Source of the DNA: an uncultured delta proteobacterium | Lineage (GTDB): Bacteria > Desulfobacterota > RBG-13-43-22 | Direction of reading: 5' to 3' | Length of the DNA: 64,000 bases | Assembly: GCA_963790475.1 (NCBI GenBank) | Contig: CAWBOS010000012.1 | Span: forward strand, 640,001 to 704,000 | Shown: piece by piece, positions 1-10,038 of the stretch | Numbering within the stretch: position 1 is the stretch's first letter | How the letters are laid out: each line of letters opens with the position of its first letter | Translations under genes and position numbers: made by a program | Notes under the pieces: generated by a model | Told to the model about the DNA's origin: nothing | Databases searched by the model: none | The model's input: the letters and a program-made list of their open reading frames with translations, nothing else

Positions 1-255
1 TTAAGCACCCATAAAAACGGAGAGACGGCCACCGTAACCCTGACCTTCCCGGTCCCCATAATTTCTCCCGACGATATTGATCATTACTTTTATCCCTTCA
101 CCGTTGACTATTCATCACTAAAAAATAGTCCGGTTTCGGACCGGCCGGATGTCTCCATTTCCAAGGTGGTCATCCATAAACATGGGGGGACGATCAGCAT
201 CACCCCGGAGAATGACCAGCGCCTGAAGCTCACCATTACCCTGCCGCTTCGATAA
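1..255 (+). CDS. C-terminal end of a histidine-kinase-like HATPase domain protein (5'-truncated by window; degenerate G2 box)
   Basis: Frame 1 is open from base 1 to TAA at 253-255: ...IDHYFYPFTVDY...DRPDVSISKVVIHKHGGTISITPENDQRLKLTITLPLR*. This resembles the HATPase F-box and 'GLSISKKIIEKHGGTI...FTITLP' end. Not in the ORF track. Confidence 0.7.
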   Translation, partial: LSTHKNGETATVTLTFPVPIISPDDIDHYFYPFTVDYSSLKNSPVSDRPDVSISKVVIHKHGGTISITPENDQRLKLTITLPLR

Positions 256-830
256 ATTTTACTCATAACCCCATCATTTTGACCACGATGGTCTTCATGA
301 TTTCGTTGGTGCCGGCAAAGATGGACATGACGCGGGTGTCCCGCCAAGCCCGGGCCTCGCGATAGGTGTTTTTAGAAAAGTTAAAACAACCTCCCTTTCA
401 AGGTCAAGACTAATCAGAAAATCTACCTCCCTTTATTTTAAACGAATTCACTGGCCAGATATGTTTTTCAGGAGCGAAGAGGCATTTTCGCGGTTGTCCA
501 ACAACCAATCCGTTTTCCAAGGCCGACCCTAATAGCTAGGTTGTACGATTATGAATTATCCCCTGATGGTGAGAAGTAAGTCTTCGTTTTGTGGAAATCG
601 CCTTCTCACCCTCTTCAATAAAAAATGATCAGAAAGGTGTAAGTTGTTATTCATAATACTTCTCGCAACCCATTCCTGAAAAGATAACGTTAAGATATAA
701 TAAATAAAATTGAAAAAACATCGGATAGCAGACTCCATCTGCTGGGAATAAAAATAACTATTTTGGGGGGTTGGTATTATTTTTGCGAATAATCTAAATA
801 AATGATATCGACCAATGTGACAGAAAGGAG

Positions 831-1277
831 TTGGATTTTATGAAGAGAAATAATCTTGGTGAAAAACGAATTCTGATAGTGGATGAAGACACGAACGTCC
901 TTGATTTCTTAGCAGGAGAAACCCAGAAAAGCGGCTTAAACTATCAATTTGAAAAGGCCGATACCTTTCCGCAGGCTGTGGATTCTATGTTTTCCGGCAG
1001 GTTTGACTTGGTTATTCTCGATTTTCCTGGGATTCGAGGTCCGTATCTTTTGAATTTGGCCCTTCTCCGAGAAATACCCGTTGTTGTCCTGGTTTCCTTT
1101 AATTCCTTTTCCATTGAAGCCAATCATCTTTTTCAAAAAGGAATCAAAGGGCTTCTTCCCAAAGAGAACCTATCGGAAATTATTCCGGTTATTGAAAGTC
1201 TTCTTTCTCCAAAGAATCCGCCTGCCGCTCCTATCGGCCTAAAGGGAATGTTCTCAGGTTTGATTTTGATGATGTAA
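831..1277 (+). CDS. Single-domain response regulator (receiver), atypical; start possibly ATG 840
   Basis: RILIVDED and FDLVILD receiver motifs; AGGAG just upstream. Confidence 0.8.
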   Translation: MDFMKRNNLGEKRILIVDEDTNVLDFLAGETQKSGLNYQFEKADTFPQAVDSMFSGRFDLVILDFPGIRGPYLLNLALLREIPVVVLVSFNSFSIEANHLFQKGIKGLLPKENLSEIIPVIESLLSPKNPPAAPIGLKGMFSGLILMM

Positions 1278-1324
1278 TGTAACTGGACCCTACCTTCATA
1301 TCAATAGATTGGAGAACTAAGAAG

Positions 1325-1702
1325 ATGAAAAAACGAAATGGATTTTCATTGTTGGAATTGATTGTCGCCCTCGGTATTCTAAGTATCGGGTTCCTCTCTC
1401 TTTCCCACCTATCGATCTCAGTAATGAAAGCCAATAAATACAGCCAAAATAAGACAGCGGCCCTTCAACTGGCTCAAGAGAAGATGGAGTCAATAAAGAC
1501 CCTTCCCTTCTCAGAATTAAAGGGGGAAGTTGAATCAGAATTAAGGATTGGAACGGTTGGAACGATTTTTCAACGGGAAACTATAGTCGAAAAAGGAAGC
1601 GGGGCCTCCCTGGCAGATATAACAGTCCGGGTGCATTGGCCCAACATTTCATGTCCAAGCCGGTCGCATGTTACAGAACTTTTTACTCAGATTGCCGGTT
1701 AA
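1325..1702 (+). CDS. Type IV prepilin N-terminal cleavage/methylation domain protein (PilV/minor-pilin-like)
   Basis: KRNG^FSLLELIVALGIL class III signal with E5, followed by NKYSQNKTAALQLAQEKMESIK, typical of PilV-like minor pilins. Confidence 0.85.
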   Translation: MKKRNGFSLLELIVALGILSIGFLSLSHLSISVMKANKYSQNKTAALQLAQEKMESIKTLPFSELKGEVESELRIGTVGTIFQRETIVEKGSGASLADITVRVHWPNISCPSRSHVTELFTQIAG

Positions 1703-1908
1703 ATTAGAATAAATCACTTGCCTCTTGATTTCGAATTAAATTGACAGTAACACTTTGGACGTATAAAGAAAAAAATCCGATAGGATTATCTGAAAAGGAT
1801 TTGAATTCCATAAAACCAAACTGATACAATGAACGCTGTCCCGTAAATAGAAGAAAATGTAATTTATGCCCTAAAATTCACTGATCCCCAGGAAGGAGCC
1901 ATTATCCT

Positions 1909-3555
1909 ATGCCGAGGTCAATCCCTCCCAGGACGGGAAAGCAGGGAAGTAAAAAAGCAATAAGAACCCTTCCTAAAAAAATAGGTTCGGAATACCGGCA
2001 GGCTATCGAAAAATTACAATTGTCTGAAGGACTTCTAAGGGCTTCGGAACGTAAATATCGTTCTTTGGTAGAAAGTATTCCAGATATCATCTTCGCTCTT
2101 GAATTGGACGGTTCGTTCGCCTATATCGGCCCGCGATGGAAAAAGATATTAGGGCACGATGAAATGGAGGTCCAGGGAAGATACTTTATTGATTTTGTAC
2201 CTGCCGAAGAACATTCCTTTGTGATCCAAGTTTTTAAGGAGGTCCGAAACGAAAAGAAGAATGTTGAAAATATCCTTTTGCAATTTCGCCGAAAGGATGG
2301 ACAGTTACGTTTTTTTTCGGGCAGCGCTGCTCCGCTGTTGGATGAACAGGGGCAGGTCGTGGGAACCATGGGAATTGCCCGGGACATCACCGAGCGGAGA
2401 AAACTCGAGGAACAGCTCCTTCAAGCCCAAAAGATGGAATCCATAGGGAATCTGGCCGGGGGGATTGCCCATGACTTTAATAATCTCCTTGGCGGGATTT
2501 TAGGTTATGCCTCTTTTGCCAAGAAGAAGATATCTCCCAAAGACCCCTTGTATCATTCATTAAACAGTATTGAACGATCGGCAACTCAGGCGGCCGAATT
2601 AACCAAACAACTCTTGGGATTTGCCCGGCGGGGAAAGTATCAGGTTAAGCCAATCAATTGTAATGCCCTCATTCAAGATCTGATCCAGTTTTTGAAACGG
2701 ACGATGGATAAACGGATCAACCTGAAGGTGGAACAGGATCCCCATTTGTACTTGATTGAGGGGGATGAGACTCAGCTTCAACAATCGCTGATCAATATCT
2801 GTTTAAATGCCAGGGATGCCATGCCTTCGGGGGGAACCCTGAAGATCGTCACTGCTAACCAAACCCTTTCAAAGGATATGATTGAAAAACAAAGGGGATG
2901 GAAAGAAGTGGATTATGTCAAGATCACCCTTTCGGATACCGGCCTGGGAATGTCTCCGGAGGTCCGTTCGCAGATCTTTGAACCTTTTTTTACGACCAAA
3001 GAGCAGGGAAGAGGAACTGGGTTGGGGTTGTCCATGGTCTACGGGATTATTCAAAATCATGGGGGATATATTGAATTGAAAAGTGAGCCGGGGCAAGGGA
3101 CCTCCTTTGAACTTTTATTGCCGGCTGTTGGGGAATTGAGGATTGAAGAAGTTTCTCCTCTTCCCCCCGGTCCAACAATTCCGAAAGGTTCCGAAACTAT
3201 TCTTTTCGTCGATGATGAAGAAATTATTCGACAGTTAGGGGCCGACATCCTGGAGGATGCCGGCTATAAGGTGCTTCATGCCTCCGGAGGGGAAGTAGCC
3301 ATTCAGATCTTCCGGAAGAACAGGAAAAAGATCGCCTTGGTGATCCTGGATATGATCATGCCCGGATTGGGCGGGAAGGAAACCTTTCTCAAGTTAAAAG
3401 AGATCAATCCTAAAATAAAAGTACTGTTGTCTTCAGGGTATAGTACTAATGAAGGGGTGGGGGAAATTCTCAAGGAAGGGGAGGGAGGATTCATTCAAAA
3501 ACCCTACCGGGACGAGGATTTGATCGGAAAGGTCAGGGAGGTCCTGGATTCATAG
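1909..3555 (+). CDS. Hybrid PAS sensor histidine kinase/response regulator (CckA-like architecture)
   Basis: PAS/PAC (ARDITERR), H-box GGIAHDFNNLL, N-box NARDAM, G-boxes DTGLGM and GTGLGLS, C-terminal receiver LVILDMIMP. Confidence 0.93.
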   Translation: MPRSIPPRTGKQGSKKAIRTLPKKIGSEYRQAIEKLQLSEGLLRASERKYRSLVESIPDIIFALELDGSFAYIGPRWKKILGHDEMEVQGRYFIDFVPAEEHSFVIQVFKEVRNEKKNVENILLQFRRKDGQLRFFSGSAAPLLDEQGQVVGTMGIARDITERRKLEEQLLQAQKMESIGNLAGGIAHDFNNLLGGILGYASFAKKKISPKDPLYHSLNSIERSATQAAELTKQLLGFARRGKYQVKPINCNALIQDLIQFLKRTMDKRINLKVEQDPHLYLIEGDETQLQQSLINICLNARDAMPSGGTLKIVTANQTLSKDMIEKQRGWKEVDYVKITLSDTGLGMSPEVRSQIFEPFFTTKEQGRGTGLGLSMVYGIIQNHGGYIELKSEPGQGTSFELLLPAVGELRIEEVSPLPPGPTIPKGSETILFVDDEEIIRQLGADILEDAGYKVLHASGGEVAIQIFRKNRKKIALVILDMIMPGLGGKETFLKLKEINPKIKVLLSSGYSTNEGVGEILKEGEGGFIQKPYRDEDLIGKVREVLDS

Positions 3556-3606
3556 TTAGTTACCATCTCAATAATCTTTAGGAACTCCACAAACAGGTCC
3601 AGCCCA

Positions 3607-4056
3607 TCAATTTTTTAGGATTTGTTCTATCTTTTTTTTTGACCGCAAAGGGATTTTCAACTCCGAACCACCAGAGGTCCGGTTGGCCGGAGAGTCGGGA
3701 ACAAAACTGTAGATGACCGATCCCTATGATGCGGTGAACAATGCCTCGTCGAACCTCAATGCCAGATATCCCTTCCAAGGGAATGGATTTTTTATTGGTC
3801 CGCCCCCCAAAAATCGATTTCCGCAGGGCCTCGGTTTTTGTTATCCGATAAAAAGTGGTTTTTCGACGGAAAATAATAATACCAGTATCAAAATAGAGAG
3901 AGCCCATCCAAAAGACCTGTTTATCCCGGTATCGGGGTTAAGACTTGGCCCGATTCCAAAAACGAGAATAGCTGCATAGAAGACGAAGTAACTCCTCCAA
4001 GAGGGTCGGAGGGCCAAGGAGTCTTCCTGCCTAAGGGGAGCTATTTTGGGGTTCAT
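3607..4056 (-). pseudogene. Frameshifted membrane protein with bacterial PH (bPH_2-like) domain
   Basis: ORF 3841..4080 (LRPSWRSYF + 2 TM) and ORF 3578..3907 (YRIT...ISGIEVRRGIVHRIIGIGHL) join across a frameshift. A second apparent shift lies in the A9 run near 3632-3640 (then KIEQILKN*). Confidence 0.6.
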
Positions 4057-4323
4057 ATTCTTGACTCCGAACGTACCCACTGAACAAGGGAAGTCCTACC
4101 AAAGACCTCGAAAAGCGTGGTATAATGAACCAGCTTTGAATTGTTGTCCCAACTAGGGCATATTGATAAGAAATCCCGGGAATTGATGGACCCCTCAGGA
4201 GGTCAAAAAACCTGCAGGATGAGGGACCACCATGGGCCGATTTCGCGCTCGGAGTTTGATAAAAAAAGCTGGCCTGAAAGCCAGACGACCCAAGAAATTC
4301 AAGAAAGCCACTGGGAGTCTTTA

Positions 4324-5040
4324 TTAGATACCAGTGGCTTTAATCTGTTGAATCCGCAACGCCTCTTTTTCATGTTTCCTAAGGGCCTTAAGGTCAAGCT
4401 GGCATTTTGCTTCATCTGTTTTGGAGGTGATGAAAAAGAGTTCTACTTCAATGTCCTTGAAGGTTTTGCAGAATAAAAAACGCGCTCGTTCCAAGTGATA
4501 ATCGGAGGTAACGATAACGGCGAATTTAAACTTATGGGTCTGAATGATCGATTTCGAGAGAGAGGCATCCTCTATGGTATTACTGCTTTGGGCAAATTCT
4601 AAAATATCTTCCTCTGGAATAAATCGGGCAGTAAGAAATTTTCTCATGTACAGTGCGTGAGGCTTAGAGGTTGTGTTGAAGTGTGAACCATACCCCCCAG
4701 TCAGCAGAATTTTCCATCCGGGGTTGTTCTTATATAGCTGAACAGCCAGCTCGCACCTTTCAACCCCAAGACTATAAAGTCGGCCTTGCTCATCATTCGC
4801 TGAGCCAAGGACGATAATGACCCCTTCTGGCAATGGACCCTCCCTTCTGTTCTGTCGAGCTCGATGATATTCTTCTGTTTGTGCAATATTCAGTAAGGGA
4901 ACAAATATTTCCTCGGATGTATTATGACCAATTGGTTCAGTTAATAAAGCAGAGTGAGTATACCGGGCGTCCGGTGGAAAATTTATTAAGAATTTATTTT
5001 TTTCGGTTTTTTTTAGATCCTTTCCGTATTCTATTATCAA
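4324..5040 (-). CDS. YdcF/ElyC/SanA (DUF218) family protein; true start probably downstream (~4840)
   Basis: IIVLG, ILLTGGYG, SSNTIEDA and VIVTSDYHLERA motifs of DUF218. Confidence 0.85.
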   Translation of the reverse strand: MIIEYGKDLKKTEKNKFLINFPPDARYTHSALLTEPIGHNTSEEIFVPLLNIAQTEEYHRARQNRREGPLPEGVIIVLGSANDEQGRLYSLGVERCELAVQLYKNNPGWKILLTGGYGSHFNTTSKPHALYMRKFLTARFIPEEDILEFAQSSNTIEDASLSKSIIQTHKFKFAVIVTSDYHLERARFLFCKTFKDIEVELFFITSKTDEAKCQLDLKALRKHEKEALRIQQIKATGI

Positions 5041-5240
5041 TAAAAAGCAACTATTGCAAAGATTAATTGAAAAAATAATAGAAGAGGAATAGAAATATCG
5101 TCAGAAGAAAAAGTGGTTTGTTCCCCTTCCTCCTATCTATTAAAATAGACTTCTTCCCCTATTGCCCATGTTTACTTGACCAGATCACCACGTCAAACCA
5201 ATTTCTTGAGTAAGTACCTGAATGATTTTTTGATTTATTT

Positions 5241-7931
5241 TCATTCATAAAGCTCCACTTCATGAATCGACCAATAATATACATCATCTTTCCCGGTATT
5301 AACAATTTGAAGATAGCGCATCGAAGTGGATGGAAAAGAAAAATCCAGATCCTGGCCGGATTTTAAAAGGGTTTCCCCGGTCCAATGTAGAGAAATGGGG
5401 CTTATGATAGAGTTCAATGAAGTCCAGGTTTGCCCATCAGCCGAATAACGGATCGAATATCCACGAGGGAAATCGTTGACCGAGGCCCCAGTCAAGACAC
5501 GGATTCGACCGACCTTTTCCATCTTTCCAAAATCGATTTGAAAGTACGCCCCGGGGATTTGCGGCCTACCTGTGGTCCACCGGGTGGACATCTTCCCATC
5601 GGCGGCTAAGTGGGCCTCTCGCGGGTTGTAGTTGGTTTGAAAACGCCAATTAGTTGAGGAAATAGGGCGATACCGGCCGGCAGACGGGGTGAAAAAATAA
5701 ACAACTTGCCCGCCGATTTTCTGTTCTTGATAAGGCTGCTTTAAGTTATTTATTAAAAAATGGTTCAAGGCTGAGTTGTTTTCTTTTTCGACCACAAAGG
5801 CCGGATTGGAAACCGTCTGGAGCAGATCGTCTTTTTGAAGTGGTAAGGCCCTTTTTTGGGCCCGCCAATCCGGGGGAAGCTGAGCCAGGATCCAGGGGGC
5901 GGCATAAATATTAACGGGGTTAAAACTTTTCAAGTAAGCAATCAAAGGCTTCACATCACCGGATTCCGTTTTAATTTTGGGCTGGGCTTGATAGATAAAG
6001 CATTCGGCTACGGACCAATAATAGGTTGGGTCGCTCCCGAGTTGAGTGAGTTTGAAAAAACGTCCAGATTGAGGGGTGAAGGTAATATCTACCCGACCAA
6101 GGCCGGGACGATAAAAAGGGTGGGGCCCCGACCAGAACAGATCGCTCCATAATCCGGCGGCCTCACGGACTGTTTGCCACCTTCGGCCATCCTGAGAGAT
6201 CTCCAGCCGAAGACCGCGCGGACCATCCTCGGGGTCTCCCGACAAGAGAGTGATCCGGCCCAGATCGGGAACTGTTTCACCTAAATCCACTTGGAGAACG
6301 AGCCCGGGCTTTTGAGGCGTATTGGATGACCAACGGGTGGCCAGATCCCTGTCGAAAATATTTCTGGTTCCCCCCAAGGGTGAATCGGCCATAGCCTTCA
6401 AATTCCTAGGCATAAATTCTACAAACTGCCAAGGGGGGGGTGTGAAGGTATGATAAATAGTATATCCGATGAACTGGCTTTTCTGATAGGTGCCCCCGAT
6501 ATTTTTTAAAGTGGCTTCAAATTCTTTATTATCTCCCTGGAAAAGAAAAGCCGCCCTCGGATCTTGATCTATTAAATCAGTATGGGGGGGATAACGATCG
6601 TTGGCCGGGGAGGCAAAAATAATGTCTTCCTGGGAGTCAAAGGTTAATCGTGCCGAGACCCAATAGTCATGGCAATAAATCCGTTTAAGATTTTTTTCGG
6701 TTAGAAATTTAAATAAATCTTGGTCATTTTCCCGGGCCTCTTGAAATTGTTTTGCCTGGGTTCTATGTAAAATGGGAACCCTGGTCAGGGTGCCATAAAT
6801 ATTGGAAAAGAGGGTCAGGCCAATAAAAAGAAAAGACAAAACCGCCGAAACAGAATTCAGCCTTAAGGTAAAAACGGCAAAGAGGATAGGCAGAACGGAA
6901 AATAACGGTTGCAAATAACGACTGGTATGGGCCGAGTCAAAGCCGCTTAGGGCGAAAATGAACGGAAAAAAGAGGAGAAAAAGGAGCAAAAGGTCCAATC
7001 CCGGGTTTTGATTAACCCTGAATTTCAAAAGATTAAACAGGTTTTTCCCCCGGATCAGAAAGAGGGAAAATAAACATCCCCCGAAAACAAGATAGATCAG
7101 GAAAGAGAAAAAGGGAATGGTGTACTGTTGGGTTTCGTTATTAACAACCCCCAGCAGCTCGGGGAGCCGATTTGAAAAAAAATCGAGTAAGGAAGACAGG
7201 AAAGGTTCGCCGCCTCCTGCTCCTTCCCACAGATAACGCCAGGAGATCAACGGATAATATATATTGTGAACCCAAAGGGGGAGACCGCCGAATATCAGAC
7301 CCAATAGAAAAAAAAGGATGGTCCGCCTGAGCCAGAACCATTTATCTTGAATGAATAAAAGAAGAAAAATTGCCGGCAGATAAAAAACGATCAGATAATG
7401 AGTCCATATTCCCAGGCCGCAGAATAATCCCAAGCTGAAAAAATAACTGCTTTTTCTCTCATTACTTGACAGAATCTTGAAACTGAAAATAAAGAGCACA
7501 ACCCCGATGATCGGTATTTCAATATAGGCCGACCGGGCCAGAACTGAATGAAAGATCAGATAATAAGATCCCAGGGCTGAAAACAGGGCCGAAAGGAGAG
7601 CTGTTGATTGGTCAAAAATCAGTTTGGCTAAGAAATAGATGAAGACAATAAAAAAAAAGGATTCGAAAAAGATGGATAAGTCCAGGGTAAAGCGGGAAGC
7701 GCCGAACAAGAAAAAGATAGTGGAAATGAAATAGGTTTGAATACTCCCGCAATAATCCTGACCGTAATAGAGAGGAGGCAAGGCCCCTTTTACGATATGA
7801 CGGGCCATCAAACCGTTCACGGCCTGATCGGAGTCCATTAAGGGGGTCAAGAGTAAAAGGGATCGAATTCCCGCTCCGAGAAGGAGAATAATTAAAAAAA
7901 AATAAAATGATTTAAATTTTTTAAACTTCAT
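5241..7931 (-). CDS. GT-C (ArnT/PMT-like) membrane glycosyltransferase with two discoidin (F5/8 type C) domains; paralog A1
   Basis: ~11 TM segments with the loop motif DSDQAVNGLMARHIVKG...YYGQDYCGS. Discoidin motifs IFDRDLATRWSS..QVDLG and AADGKMSTRWTT..QIDFG; ends YYWSIHEVELYE. Confidence 0.85.
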   Translation of the reverse strand: MKFKKFKSFYFFLIILLLGAGIRSLLLLTPLMDSDQAVNGLMARHIVKGALPPLYYGQDYCGSIQTYFISTIFFLFGASRFTLDLSIFFESFFFIVFIYFLAKLIFDQSTALLSALFSALGSYYLIFHSVLARSAYIEIPIIGVVLFIFSFKILSSNERKSSYFFSLGLFCGLGIWTHYLIVFYLPAIFLLLFIQDKWFWLRRTILFFLLGLIFGGLPLWVHNIYYPLISWRYLWEGAGGGEPFLSSLLDFFSNRLPELLGVVNNETQQYTIPFFSFLIYLVFGGCLFSLFLIRGKNLFNLLKFRVNQNPGLDLLLLFLLFFPFIFALSGFDSAHTSRYLQPLFSVLPILFAVFTLRLNSVSAVLSFLFIGLTLFSNIYGTLTRVPILHRTQAKQFQEARENDQDLFKFLTEKNLKRIYCHDYWVSARLTFDSQEDIIFASPANDRYPPHTDLIDQDPRAAFLFQGDNKEFEATLKNIGGTYQKSQFIGYTIYHTFTPPPWQFVEFMPRNLKAMADSPLGGTRNIFDRDLATRWSSNTPQKPGLVLQVDLGETVPDLGRITLLSGDPEDGPRGLRLEISQDGRRWQTVREAAGLWSDLFWSGPHPFYRPGLGRVDITFTPQSGRFFKLTQLGSDPTYYWSVAECFIYQAQPKIKTESGDVKPLIAYLKSFNPVNIYAAPWILAQLPPDWRAQKRALPLQKDDLLQTVSNPAFVVEKENNSALNHFLINNLKQPYQEQKIGGQVVYFFTPSAGRYRPISSTNWRFQTNYNPREAHLAADGKMSTRWTTGRPQIPGAYFQIDFGKMEKVGRIRVLTGASVNDFPRGYSIRYSADGQTWTSLNSIISPISLHWTGETLLKSGQDLDFSFPSTSMRYLQIVNTGKDDVYYWSIHEVELYE

Positions 7932-8331
7932 TCCAGATTAAACCCCTTAAGATATTTACTGAAGACCTTCCAACGCCAGGCGTATGATCCACCCCTCGGT
8001 CGGGAAAAAACTTCATAAAGATAGTAAAAGCAATCCATAGAGCCAAAAGAATCCATAACTGTTCCCGTTCTGCTAAAGTATTCCAGATCGGCCAACCGAT
8101 CAAAGAGGTCATCAAGAGGGCCCATCCCGGGGATCGAGCCGGTTGTTCGTTGGGCAATATTCTAATCCAGAATAATCCTTTGCCAAGGCCTATGGTCAAA
8201 AGAAATCCAAGCAATAACCCACCCAACCCGTCTCCTATAATACGCCTAGGCCTCCGAATATCCCAAGAAGCAGCCGTGCTTAAAATATTCCCCAAAAGTT
8301 TTTTTCGATTTGTTTTGCTCTGCATCACCAA
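7921..8331 (-). CDS. Hypothetical small membrane protein (about 3 TM), overlapping the start of paralog A1
   Basis: 136-aa ORF with hydrophobic segments; its end overlaps the A1 start by 11 nt. May be a remnant of a longer gene. Confidence 0.45.
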   Translation of the reverse strand: MVMQSKTNRKKLLGNILSTAASWDIRRPRRIIGDGLGGLLLGFLLTIGLGKGLFWIRILPNEQPARSPGWALLMTSLIGWPIWNTLAEREQLWILLALWIAFTIFMKFFPDRGVDHTPGVGRSSVNILRGLIWNEV

Positions 8332-8437
8332 AATCCCTATGGAGGCTTAGGGTAACCGGATTCCTGCATTGGCCGTGTCTTGACTATGGAGACGTTTAGA
8401 AACGCATCCTCGATTGCATCAGAGGTAGGGGACAATA

Positions 8438-10024
8438 TTATTTCTTCTCTAAACCAAAGTTGAAAATAGTCGCCTTGGTTTCCACTACGGTTAACTCTGA
8501 GTTGGCCCTTAGATATCCTGGTAAATCAGCTCTTATTGTATACTGTCCTGGGGGCACATTCAAGCGGGATAGATTATAATAACCCTGGCTGTCGGTCTGG
8601 ACATCGGCCAGCAATTTATTGCCTTTATAGATTCTTACAGTGACCTCAGCTAGAGGTTTTTTTCTATGGGTATCCATTACCCTTCCCCCGGCGGCTGAAA
8701 AGGTATCCCGGAGGATGGAAAGATACCGCTCTCCATATCCCTGGTAGATATATCCCTGGGTATATTGGGTCTTGGTGGGACTGTAATCTTGGCTGGTCAG
8801 ACCAGTTCCTTGGGTGGGCTCAATCTGAGTTCCCTCATTCCACTCATTAAATGAGGTAATCAAAGCTAACGGATTTTCAGGATTCATAAAAGGTAAAACC
8901 GTTTGTTTGAGGGCTTGATTAAAAAAAGACCCCTCCGCTCCACCGGGTTGGAACTGGCGGGGAATCACCGGATGATTTTCCGAAAGACGGACCCCTCGGT
9001 CGTTATAACCGGGGATGATGGAAGGAATCAGCATGATTTTTTTACCGATGGCCGATTGGTATTCCCGGTAAAGCCCCTGAACTTCAGAAAGAAAGGTGCT
9101 CTGTTTCCCGTAACCCATTTGTTTAGTCTTCGCCCAATCATACATATTGTAGGCGGTAATTCCATCGAACAAATTGATCCGGTTTATTTCAGGGTGGGTG
9201 GAAGGTGGGAGAGGATTCGAGCGCATGACATACCAGAAGATTTCATCTCCGATAAGGAAAGGATTGAAACCCATCTCCTGGAGGCCTTTCCTGAGACCAT
9301 TGATGGCTCCTGGGTAATCCCCGATAAAGGTCCGGGTTAAATAAATGATGGCCACCGGACGTCCTTTGATTTTCAGATAAGAGGGATGGGAAAAATAATT
9401 TTCGGCTAAAAATTTGAAATCGGAGAGCAATTTTTTTGCCTTTTCAGGAGTAAAATCAATCCGATCATCCTTCAATCCAAGGCCGGAGGTTTCATAAAAG
9501 ATACAAAATTTTATATCATTGATATTCTTTGCCTTAATGATTTTTTCTCGAATTATCTTGTCCAGTTCGGGATGGTCCGGCCACCAACTGACAGCCCAGA
9601 AATCAATCCCGTATTGAGAGGACCAGGCGATATGCTGTTCAATAGTTTTAAGATCCGAGGAATCATACTGTCCCAAAGTCGGTAATTGTTGGGGAAGCAG
9701 ACGGCCGTTGATAAATCCCTCCCGCCAGTTTCCCGGATACCAGAGATAATAATAGGTCCCGATGAGGTATTTATTGGCCCATTTGGGTTCCGAAGTGCCG
9801 GAGTTTTGGGAGGAGGAACAACCAATCGTAGTGAAGGACAATAAAAGGATAACGGAAATAAAATAAAACTTTTTCCAATAATTCCAAAGCCTGCTATTCC
9901 AGGGAAAGCCGAAACTCAAAAGGGATCGGGTATCTTGGATTCTGGGTCGCGCCTCGCTTGCCAGGAAGGATGCCCCCTGGGTGAATAAAGAGAGTTGGAG
10001 GATTCTTGAATAATAGATAATCAT
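8438..10024 (-). CDS. GH99-like endo-alpha-mannosidase/mannanase lipoprotein with C-terminal carboxypeptidase-regulatory-like domain (start uncertain)
   Basis: Lipobox-like LLLSFTTIG-C then SSSQNSGTS; YYYLWY; LGQYDSSD; ITSFNEWNEGTQIEP matches the GH99 catalytic motif. C-terminal TDSQGYY..VPPGQYTIRA. Confidence 0.8.
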   Translation of the reverse strand: MIIYYSRILQLSLFTQGASFLASEARPRIQDTRSLLSFGFPWNSRLWNYWKKFYFISVILLLSFTTIGCSSSQNSGTSEPKWANKYLIGTYYYLWYPGNWREGFINGRLLPQQLPTLGQYDSSDLKTIEQHIAWSSQYGIDFWAVSWWPDHPELDKIIREKIIKAKNINDIKFCIFYETSGLGLKDDRIDFTPEKAKKLLSDFKFLAENYFSHPSYLKIKGRPVAIIYLTRTFIGDYPGAINGLRKGLQEMGFNPFLIGDEIFWYVMRSNPLPPSTHPEINRINLFDGITAYNMYDWAKTKQMGYGKQSTFLSEVQGLYREYQSAIGKKIMLIPSIIPGYNDRGVRLSENHPVIPRQFQPGGAEGSFFNQALKQTVLPFMNPENPLALITSFNEWNEGTQIEPTQGTGLTSQDYSPTKTQYTQGYIYQGYGERYLSILRDTFSAAGGRVMDTHRKKPLAEVTVRIYKGNKLLADVQTDSQGYYNLSRLNVPPGQYTIRADLPGYLRANSELTVVETKATIFNFGLEKK

Positions 10025-10038
10025 AATGGGAAAAATGG

